From a virus (taxonomy: Duplodnaviria > Caudoviricetes): a stretch of 64,000 nt of DNA. Location of the stretch: IMG/VR virus record IMGVR_UViG_3300029288_002061, positions 42,040 through 106,039 of that record; one strand, given 5' to 3'. The position numbers and the translations under genes are program-made. Below, one piece after another: positions 54,437 to 63,100 of this stretch. How positions within the stretch are numbered: the stretch's first letter is position 1; every line of letters begins with the position of its first letter. Under the pieces are notes generated by a model. It was not told the DNA's origin. It did no database searches and was given only the letters and a program-made list of their open reading frames with translations.

Positions 54437-56750
54437 TATCTTCCCCCGCCATAAGGGCTTTAACATCAATCCCGCCGTCTGACGTATCCAATTCCCCGAG
54501 ACGGCAATCCAGAAGTTCCGAGCGGAGCCGGGAAAGGATGGCATAATCACTCAAAGCGTACTGCATCGCTGCTTTCTTGGTCTTGAATTCCTTGTCAAAG
54601 AGCTTCCAGCCGGTCTTACTATCCCCGAAAAGCTCTGCCTTATCCGCAAATTTCAGAATAATTCCGGTTTCCTCTGTATCGGTAGGATAATGCCCATCTG
54701 GATCATAATCCAGCCACATCCGGAACGCTCCTACCCTATGCGGGACGGAACACTTATTTTTGACACACCGGAATGTACTGACTTGATACTGGGGATTGCC
54801 TTGCTTATCGTCAATTAGCTTGGAAGGATTGAATTTGATATCCATAGAAGTAGCGAATTCTTGCCCCAAGCCTCCCGGAAGCGTATCAGGAGACCCATAC
54901 ATGCAATTATGCACGAGAACACCCCCGCCAACGAAATAGTTGTGGTTATCCTCAACGGTAATATCATACCGACGGTGTGTTTTAATAACCCTGTCAATAG
55001 ACACAATCCTTGCTTTGCCTACCGTCTTTTCAGGAGCCTTTTTAGCGACTTCCCAACAAAAATCAGGCATCCCGGGCTTAATCTTATACCTCATGCTAGT
55101 ATGGACATACGGAGCTACTGCTTTTTGGAATTTTTCGCTTTCCAAGCCTGACCAAAGAAAGCCTTTCCCTTGACGAACATATGCCTTACCAAGCCCGAGG
55201 CTTTCAATCTTGTCCGCGATAGCCTGCATACAAGCAATAGGGAGCTTCTTGGCAGAAATAAAACATTTTCCAAACCCCCACCGCTTATAGCTACCGCTGA
55301 ATGTTCCATCATCCATATACCAGATAGCAATGGATTTCGGAGTGATCTTGTCAATAAATTGCTGTGGAACGTCCAGAAGTGCCTTTTTTGTCTTAATAGC
55401 CTTATAAATAGCCAATTCTTCTGTATGCTCGCTCTCAGCGCCGACGTTCCCGCTTGCACAGGTGCTTACCTCGCAGTCCAGAGCTTTTGCCTTCCATTCA
55501 CAATAATCCTTCTGTTTGTATCCGTGTGTCAACCTCATAGCGCCTCTAAGACTGTTTCTTGCAAATCTGAGGCTACCATCACCAAGCATACTACCAAGAA
55601 GGATTTCATGCTGATCTTCAGAAAACAGTAACTTTTCTTCAACGGTGACAAAATCACCGACTTTTAGATATTTTGCCAAAGATTCACCTTCAGGAGTAAA
55701 GATTCGATGCTCTGGTGTTACGATAAACTTCCTATACCCGGAATTTCCGCCGTCAACAAAGAATTTCAGAAAGTCGTCAGATTTTCCGTTCTTGTGCCAG
55801 CCAACAACCTTCTTAGGCTCAATCTTCCCTGTTTTCTCATTATAGCTTTGAACGCACCCGGAATACTCTTGGCACACCAATTTACCTATTTTTTCTGTTG
55901 TTCCGTCTGCAAGAGTAATCTTGGCATTGTATTCAAAACAGGCTACCTTTTGACGGATCTGGTTAATCATAATCACGGTAGGACGCCACGCGGATTCCGC
56001 TACAGGCTTATTCATGGCCGCTGAAAACTTCCGGAGCATCTTATTGACCAAACGGGCCTGCAGCCCTACCGTTGTTGCTTCCGCCGAATCCTCTACTTCG
56101 CTTGCCGGTGTCATACAGGCAATGGAATCGATAACGAAAAGGTCAACTTCTTCGGTCTTCATGATTCCGTCGATGATATCAATACCCTGTTCGGCGCATT
56201 CCGGCCTTGTGAGGATCACCTTAGAGCAATCCACCCCGAATCGTGCCGCCCAAGGGTTACAGAAAGCACCCTCGAAGTCGTACCACGATACCACCATCGG
56301 ATTATACTGATTGCATACCGGACAAATACATTTCTTCCGGCCTATGTCGATCAGGAATGACTCAATCCCCGCAGAATCACAGAACGGGCATTGTTCCCCT
56401 TCGCCGTCCCCGACATACCCGCATTCAGGACAAATATAGGCGGTTTCGTCTGTCGGTACCATCGGAACGATATGCTCCCGGCACATCTTTTGTGCGGATG
56501 CCGCAATCCGGAGAGCATTGGAAGTCTTGCCACAGGATTTCATGCCGTGAAAGCCGCTGATTCTGCCATAGGGAATGCCACCGCCAGAAGCATAATCAAG
56601 CGCGAGAACGCCAAACGGGATACGTGAAACCACCACACCCTTAGAGGACGCGGCGATTCCGATAGAACCTTGACCATATTTCTTGTTCATCTGCCCAAGA
56701 AGCGCCTTAAGATCGATCTTTTCCTTTTCCTCTTTTTCCTTCTTTGCCAT
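54426..56750 (-). CDS. recA: RecA-like recombinase with an intein and a Zn-ribbon insertion
   Basis: LD.A.GGGIPYGRI, GMKSCGKT, DFEG, VIDSIA, GLQARL, INQIRQK, PGG and KNK motifs. Confidence 0.9.
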   Translation of the reverse strand: MAKKEKEEKEKIDLKALLGQMNKKYGQGSIGIAASSKGVVVSRIPFGVLALDYASGGGIPYGRISGFHGMKSCGKTSNALRIAASAQKMCREHIVPMVPTDETAYICPECGYVGDGEGEQCPFCDSAGIESFLIDIGRKKCICPVCNQYNPMVVSWYDFEGAFCNPWAARFGVDCSKVILTRPECAEQGIDIIDGIMKTEEVDLFVIDSIACMTPASEVEDSAEATTVGLQARLVNKMLRKFSAAMNKPVAESAWRPTVIMINQIRQKVACFEYNAKITLADGTTEKIGKLVCQEYSGCVQSYNEKTGKIEPKKVVGWHKNGKSDDFLKFFVDGGNSGYRKFIVTPEHRIFTPEGESLAKYLKVGDFVTVEEKLLFSEDQHEILLGSMLGDGSLRFARNSLRGAMRLTHGYKQKDYCEWKAKALDCEVSTCASGNVGAESEHTEELAIYKAIKTKKALLDVPQQFIDKITPKSIAIWYMDDGTFSGSYKRWGFGKCFISAKKLPIACMQAIADKIESLGLGKAYVRQGKGFLWSGLESEKFQKAVAPYVHTSMRYKIKPGMPDFCWEVAKKAPEKTVGKARIVSIDRVIKTHRRYDITVEDNHNYFVGGGVLVHNCMYGSPDTLPGGLGQEFATSMDIKFNPSKLIDDKQGNPQYQVSTFRCVKNKCSVPHRVGAFRMWLDYDPDGHYPTDTEETGIILKFADKAELFGDSKTGWKLFDKEFKTKKAAMQYALSDYAILSRLRSELLDCRLGELDTSDGGIDVKALMAGEDSEQ
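54906..55940 (-). mobile_element. Intein in RecA with a LAGLIDADG endonuclease (345 aa)
   Basis: CFEY...TPEHRI...LLGSMLGDG...WYMDDG...YDITVEDNHNYF...VHN followed by C. Confidence 0.92.
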
Positions 56751-56764
56751 TACAGTATCCTTAT

Positions 56765-56797
56765 AAAAATAGAATGCAGGGGGATCGCTCCCCCTGC
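56765..56797 (-). terminator. Hairpin terminator
   Basis: GCAGGGG(G) / (C)CCCCTGC stem then ATTCTATTTTT. Confidence 0.55.
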
Positions 56798-56806
56798 GTG
56801 ATTCGG

Positions 56807-57598
56807 TTATCCTTGCTGCGTGACTCTTTTGACAAACATTTCCAACCCCGCCGGTGCGATACTGCCTTGTCCTGCCGTTTCAGTTCGCGTAATCGGAGGA
56901 ACAAGCGTATCAATCTCGATATCCACCATGGCCGGAAGTCCCTTCGTGGGTTCTTTCGCTTCCACAAGTGGGACTGCATACGTCTGCAGTTCTTCGCTGG
57001 GGACTTCCGCAGGGACTTCTTGGCTTTCCGCTGTAACTTCAACTTGCGCCTTCACTTGTGCCTTCAAAGCGCGGCGGTTTTCCTTGCGTGCCGCCTTTTC
57101 AAGTTCCAGCTTCTTTTGCATCACATCATAGTGCGCATTGAACACCCGCAGGGCCGCTTGCATGGCAAGGTCAATATCTTCCGTCAACCCGAAGATAACC
57201 GAAAGACTCTTCGCGGCGTCCAAACGGTCTTGGACTTCATTCAGATACGCCTTCGGGAGGTCTTTACCCTGTTCAAGGCATTCCAGCACCTTGACTTCCA
57301 GCCGCTTGACCGTATCAACGATTTCGCGGTTCAAATGCTCACGGGCGAGGACTTCCACATCGTTCTTGCTCGCTTCATCGTACTTCATGATAGCGAACGT
57401 GGCTTTCTGTCCCGTAGCGGCTTCCGCCTCTTCGATCAGATTCTTGAGGAACAGGCGGTTTCCCCACGGAATCAGATAGACGCTGAGGTTGATGCGGATT
57501 GCGTACTTGCGGATACGCTTCCAGATACGCATATAGAGATTCTGGCAATTGCTGGGGATATCATACACGACCATTCCGTATTCAGCAGGCTTATCCAT
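56807..57598 (-). CDS. Protein with an N-terminal Cas2/PaaX/ChrB-like ferredoxin-fold domain
   Basis: MVVYDIP...RIWKRIRKYAIRINLSVYLIP; own sigma70-type promoter. Confidence 0.55.
   Translation of the reverse strand: MDKPAEYGMVVYDIPSNCQNLYMRIWKRIRKYAIRINLSVYLIPWGNRLFLKNLIEEAEAATGQKATFAIMKYDEASKNDVEVLAREHLNREIVDTVKRLEVKVLECLEQGKDLPKAYLNEVQDRLDAAKSLSVIFGLTEDIDLAMQAALRVFNAHYDVMQKKLELEKAARKENRRALKAQVKAQVEVTAESQEVPAEVPSEELQTYAVPLVEAKEPTKGLPAMVDIEIDTLVPPITRTETAGQGSIAPAGLEMFVKRVTQQG
56973..56990. repeat. Palindrome copy 16 (in CDS)
   Basis: ACTGCATACGTCTGCAGT. Confidence 0.95.
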
Positions 57599-57669
57599 TT
57601 TCTTTCCCTTTCTCTTGTCTTTATGTTTGTTCCCCGCCACTTAGCGGGGAATCTGTTTTTGACTCTTTC

Positions 57670-57698
57670 ACTATACAACATCAAGTAAGATAAGTCAA
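57670..57698 (-). promoter_or_regulatory. sigma70-type promoter
   Basis: TTGACT-N17-TATAGT with upstream TTTTTTCTC. Confidence 0.8.
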
Positions 57699-57729
57699 GA
57701 GAAAAAATGAAAAAACTGAATAAATCTTC

Positions 57730-58308
57730 TTATTCTTGCTTTCCGCGAATGTCATTGACGGCTTCGGCCATTTTATCTTCACAGAATGCCTTGGCGCGTT
57801 CATAGGCATTCTGCATTGCTACCGGATCAGGATCGCATGGCAAAGCAACCCAAACGTCCGCTCGCGCCGTTTCAAAATTACCAAGTGATAAGGTCACACG
57901 CTGTTAGCCAGCTTTCGCTGCTACTGGTCATTTCTGCCAGTATCTTCATGTTCATTTCCATGAAGTTCGGACTGTCGCATCTTCAAAACCGCTTGAAGCT
58001 CCCACGCTCAGTCTCTCACGCTGCACACGATATTCTGTTGCTTGCGCCCTGTTAGCATCACAGCTTCCAAGTCAATCAGTGGGGGTTTAAAGAGGGCCGA
58101 CTGCTTACTTTGACCCTCTGCTGGTGCCTACCATTGCCGGATTTGGAGTCTTAGCTTCGTTACTCATTGGAATTTCTCCTGTTTTGTCCACGATTGTCTG
58201 TTCCACACGATTTCCGTCTTTGTCCTTACACTTCTTTGTCACCCGCATTCCCCAAGATCCTTCATGCCGGGGAAGTCTTCCGGGTACTGCGTCATCCATT
58301 ACATACAT
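57730..58308 (-). CDS. Intron-split hypothetical phage protein (exons 58308-58113 and 57896-57730; 120 aa)
   Basis: The spliced product reads ...PAMVGTSRG-L-TLSLGNFETARADVWVALPC...AYERAKAF. Only exon 1 appears in the track. Confidence 0.8.
57897..58112 (-). ncRNA. Group I self-splicing intron, 216 nt, no ORF
   Basis: P1 AGAGGGU/GCCCUCU with U.G at the 5' splice site; P10 UGAC/GUCG; P3 CCCAC/GUGGG; P7 G(A)GACUG/CAGUCC; P8 CUUCAAG/UUUGAAG; three P9-region hairpins; terminal G. Confidence 0.85.
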
Positions 58309-58340
58309 CTGAATACTCCTTTTCCTGTCTTCATACCGGG

Positions 58341-58369
58341 ACTATACTTGACATAACCGCCTTAGTCAA
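58341..58369 (-). promoter_or_regulatory. sigma70-type promoter
   Basis: TTGACT-N17-TATAGT upstream of the intron-containing gene. Confidence 0.75.
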
Positions 58370-58373
58370 TAAT

Positions 58374-58655
58374 TTATTCCCGGAATTCTTTGACTTTTCT
58401 TATGACTTCGTGGATCAGGATATGAGAGCATAACCACCCGCAATCTAAAAGGAACGGAATTGTAGGGAATCCGCCGATAATGACCTCTTTTGTCCTATAT
58501 CCTTTTGCTCTCAGAATAAAAGGTCTTCCAAGCTTTTCTTTCCCTGTCGGGGATAGCCGCCACCGATACAGGCTTATTCCGGAATCATACATTTCCGCCA
58601 GTAAGGCGGATATCTCATTCGGTTCTATCAGTTGGATCAGTTCCGGCGTATCCAT
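58374..58655 (-). CDS. Hypothetical protein
   Basis: Follows the helicase. Confidence 0.5.
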   Translation of the reverse strand: MDTPELIQLIEPNEISALLAEMYDSGISLYRWRLSPTGKEKLGRPFILRAKGYRTKEVIIGGFPTIPFLLDCGWLCSHILIHEVIRKVKEFRE

Positions 58656-58656
58656 A

Positions 58657-60078
58657 TCAGATTGACTTTATGACATAACCGAGTTTTTGGTATTGCCACC
58701 GCCGTTTTTGTGCAAATCCTTCGCACGTTTCATTAGCGTCAACAATATACACAACAATCGGGGACTTCTTACCAAAGCATTCCCGGACAACCCGCCCGAT
58801 AGCCTGTTCTACATCGGTCTTGGGCGTTGCCATATACAGGGTATCCACCGCCGGGATGTCCAAACCCTCTTTACCCATCGCATAAGTGGAGAAAATGGCG
58901 TCACACTGAGCGGACTTTTCCCACTCTTCGGGTTTCATGCCGCCAACGTAGTAACCTGTTGTGACATTTGGCATTAGGACTTCCAAACCCTCTTTGAGTA
59001 CCCTTAGATGCTCCAAACGGTCTGAGAATACCAGTACGCGGCGGTTCTTGGTTAAGGCTTTCTGCATCTCATTGATGATGTATTCATTCCGTCTGGCGTT
59101 TTCTGATAAAAGATTGATGAGTTTTGCCAGATAAACCTTCTTAACGTTCCCTTTTTTGTCCAGCGCGGCGTATCTCTGTACCGGAGTATAGGAATTGAAC
59201 GCCACTTGGTAGATTGTCGGGGTTTCTGTATTACATGACTCTGTTTGTGCTATAACGTCCCCGATCAGGTATTTGAACACCTTTTCCAGCCCGTCACTCC
59301 GGCGCGGCGTAGCGGTTAGCCCGATAACGTTCCTTGGATAGAAGCGCGGGAGCGCCTGAGAGAACATAGGCGCGGATATCCGGTGGGCTTCATCTACCAG
59401 AATCGTCCCGAAATACCCGTATAGGTCTGGGGTGTATTGCCTTTGGGCTAGGGAATGAATCATGCCGATGACTATGGACTTCCCTTCAAACTGACACTTG
59501 TTTCCCTGTACACGCCCGATTTTATCTGGGTCGATGTCTAAAAACTGGGTTATCCGCTCTATCCACTGGCGGACTAGGAATTCCTTGTGAACCATTACAA
59601 GGGTCGTTCTTCCGAGTATGGATGCCATTTTTAAGCCACACAAAGTTTTCCCTTGTCCGCATGCGGCACACAATAGCCCACCGCGATAGGACTTATCTTC
59701 TGTTCCAAAGTTGGAAAAGAACATATGGATAAGGCTGTCTTGGATAGCCTTGGATTCCGGTCTGCTTGCCTGAAGTATATCGTCAAACCCCAAATCTACC
59801 GGATGCCCGTCGGATACTTGGATCTCCCCGACTAGCTTCTCTTTTTGCATATAGGTCTTTGGGACTAATAGCTTCCCGCCGATTTCCTCATATAGGCAAA
59901 CCGTCTGGGACTCCCCGAATCCGAATGACTTCCCGCCAAGGGAGGTAAAGGTTAAATCATCCTTCATGGCGGAGAATCGAACGTCCAGATTGTCCTCTTG
60001 GGCTATCAATCCGAATCCCGGCTTTGGAGCGACTGCATACGTCTGCACCGGCTCAAGATCTTTCTTCTTTCTTGGCAT
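58657..60078 (-). CDS. Superfamily 2 DEAH helicase
   Basis: CGQGKT, DEAH, LTATP.R.DG, EGLDIP and EQAIGRVVR motifs; probable start MPRKKK at 60078. Confidence 0.92.
   Translation of the reverse strand: MPRKKKDLEPVQTYAVAPKPGFGLIAQEDNLDVRFSAMKDDLTFTSLGGKSFGFGESQTVCLYEEIGGKLLVPKTYMQKEKLVGEIQVSDGHPVDLGFDDILQASRPESKAIQDSLIHMFFSNFGTEDKSYRGGLLCAACGQGKTLCGLKMASILGRTTLVMVHKEFLVRQWIERITQFLDIDPDKIGRVQGNKCQFEGKSIVIGMIHSLAQRQYTPDLYGYFGTILVDEAHRISAPMFSQALPRFYPRNVIGLTATPRRSDGLEKVFKYLIGDVIAQTESCNTETPTIYQVAFNSYTPVQRYAALDKKGNVKKVYLAKLINLLSENARRNEYIINEMQKALTKNRRVLVFSDRLEHLRVLKEGLEVLMPNVTTGYYVGGMKPEEWEKSAQCDAIFSTYAMGKEGLDIPAVDTLYMATPKTDVEQAIGRVVRECFGKKSPIVVYIVDANETCEGFAQKRRWQYQKLGYVIKSI
60032..60049. repeat. Palindrome copy 17 (in helicase N-terminus)
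   Basis: ACTGCATACGTCTGCACC. Confidence 0.92.
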
Positions 60079-60142
60079 TATCTCCCCTTGTGGTATAGCC
60101 ACACAATATATACTGCAAAATACGTAAGTGTAAATAAGGTCA

Positions 60143-63100
60143 TTATTTACAATCTTCCCATGAACCATCTGGCCCCGCGATTTTGGGATCTGCAATCAGC
60201 GGGATCGACAAGATAACTGCGGTTTCCATACAGTGTTTCAACAAATCGGATGCTTCTTGTGCAATCTCCAAGGGAGCTTCTATGACAATTTCATCATGGA
60301 CTTGCATAACCATGAATACGTCTTCCCAAAGGACGTTTTCAATCCGATTTTTACGCAGTTCCCTTTGGAAGTTCCGCATGGCAATCTTGACGATATCCGC
60401 CCCCAGCCCTTGCACGGTAAAGTTGATCGCCTGACGCAAGGCAGAACCATAATTGGCTTTCGTCTCGTCCGCAAGATGCCTACGGCGGCCTGTAAGGGTC
60501 TTTACATACTTGTGCCGACGAAGGAATTGGTCTACCTTGTCATGATAATCCTTGATAGCAGGGTACTTCTGGAAAAAAGCCCTGTCAAACTTCTGGCATT
60601 CCGCGATAGATAGAGCAATTCTAGCAGTCCTCCAAAGGTTCGCTTGGAACGTCTGTGGCCCCATCCCGTAAATAAGTCCGAAATTCGTCGCTTTCGCGAC
60701 ATTTCTCTCTTTACAACCAATAGCGTCTTGTGTAGCTTTGTGGATATCTCCTCCGGTTCGGTAAATATCCAGCATGGTTGGATCTTGTGACAAATGTGCC
60801 ATGATTCTCAGTTCGAGCTGGGAATTGTGAGTAATAAACCCATTAGAGATAAACGTATGCGTATCTTCAACCTCAAGATCATAGGTATTTTTCATACCAA
60901 TGTCTTCTACAGATACCACAGGAAGAAAGATAACACCATTCTCTATCAAATCATGCCTAAAAAGGCTTCCATCGGTTAATCCTTTTACCTTTGACAGCAC
61001 TATAGGAGTTATCGGAGTATTTCTAACCGACGTATTATTCAACAATCTTCTTGGTTCGCCAGTCAGAATTCCATTCTTGGTAAGAGTCTTTACGCGCTCC
61101 TGCTGATTTGGCAGACCACCCGATTTTGGGTTGACCTTTGACTTGCTCCGGATAAGTTCATCAAGTCTGGATGCCTTTCTAGACGCCCCAAAGCCTACTT
61201 TATCCTTAAAAGCTTGCAATCCGGTAGAGTTAATCGACAGGCACCAAGCAAAATGTTCTTTACTATCCTTATAATGAGGCTTTCCGTCTGTACGTAAAAC
61301 TGTCTGTTTCTGTTTGCGTGTTGATGACGGGATACCAAGTCCGAGTAGTAAATCCTGAGCATCATAAACTAGAGATTGTCTTGAGGAACAAAAAGACACA
61401 CGACCATCTAATCCAAGGGTACAACACCCGTCTGAATCAAACAGTCCTGACAACCAAGCACCCGCAATAGCAGGCCCGCCAGTCCACACAAATCCGGGTA
61501 TTCTATCTTTAGCTACTCCAAGCTCTTTTAGCCAACACACCAGTGGTGTGCTGGATACTTTGTGTTCTATAACGCCACGATAGGCGCTTGTAGAAAAACT
61601 GCGCGAGAACACTCGTGTAAAGAAGCTAGCGAGTTCGACATCAACATCCTTATCCTTGTCACAGACTACCCATCCTACATACCTACAGCGTTCCGGCATG
61701 GTTCCGTTGCCCGTAACGAAGCCACAAAAACGGGCAAACTCGGTTGTAGTCATTCCGGGAGTTGAAATACCCTTGTTATTATGATGCGTAAATTGTATGT
61801 CTGGTAAGGGTGAGCTTCCTCCCCTAAGCCAGTTTGAAGATATTGCAACGAAATCGCCGCTGGATACTTGACCAAGCAGTTTCCACACATAATTGCCATT
61901 CGGATCTATAACCCTAATCTTATGATCCTTTGTAGCCGCGAGGGAATAACCGCACTTGGTAGTCATAAGAAGGCATGGCTTAATACCGCTCTGCGCTACT
62001 CTTAGAACTGTCCTATAGCTCCCATCCTCTTGGACTACTTGTGTGCCTTGAACGATAGATTCTATGGTCTGAACGCCTGTTGATGTAGCAATCTTTGTAC
62101 CCTCAGCTACACACTCATCTGCGACGATAAGGGACTTACCGGGAGGTGATTTGAAAGCTTGCTTGATCGTACCCTTTTCTCTTGGGCAATTTCCGGTAAG
62201 AGCTATCTTTCCGTTCCGCCTTACCACGATATATCCTGATGGTACCGTAACACAGTATACCGTCCCTGTATAGGACACATTACACGTTTCAAGCGAATAG
62301 GTACTTACATAATCTATACCGATTATCGTACCGTCGAAACTAATATCTAAGATAGGTTGATAATAGCTTTGGCTATTTGGGTATAAGTCTGCCGCGAAAT
62401 CTTTCCATTCTCCCGCCGTTTTTTCCAATTTCCCCCGATTATAGAGCAAAATACAATTATGTTCTTTGGTCATGACCATATCGACCGCCGCGCCTTGAAC
62501 GGATACCAAATCACCAGAAAACGGTCTGCATACGTATGCAGTCGGCTTTTCCCACCGATATGATCCATCTTTCTTGTTAAAAGCCTTTACATACTCTGTC
62601 TTATCAAGGTCTTTGAAGAGCTTCCATCCTGAATCTGTCAGAATTTCTGTTTTGTCATCAAAACAGTTCTGCAAGTTGGGGCTACTGCTTGAGTTATGAT
62701 TGACAAACCCATTTCCGACGTAAGAATGGTCTTCTTCTACTTCAAGATCCCATACGTCTTCTACTTCGGACGGCATGAACCAAGAAAGGGTATCATAGAC
62801 AAGTTCCGCCCCTTCCATAACCTTTACTTGGTCATTGAAATGGATCTCCCGGAGTGACTTCCACCCCTCCGGGGTTAGGAATCTGTGGTTCATGGTACAC
62901 CGGATTTTGTGGTTTCTGAATGTCCTGACTACCCACATCCGTTCCATACCCTTGTAGATGACATTCAGGACTTTCCGGAATCTCCCTTCATGGGTTAGGA
63001 CGTAATCACCCGCTTTTACTTGGGTTATGGGGAACGTGCCGTTGGAACATACGACATCCGTATCCGCCGACACACAAAAGCGGCCCGTGACGGTTCCGGT

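Noticed and set aside
52434-57598. Cas4-like plus Cas2-like genes as a CRISPR adaptation module
   Set aside because: They are not adjacent, there is no cas1 or array, and Cas4-like exonucleases are ordinary in phage recombination modules.
501-62542. The 18-bp palindrome as a CRISPR repeat, MITE or terminator
   Set aside because: Copies are kb apart with no spacer array, no shared flanks or target duplications and no U tracts, and most lie in frame inside genes.
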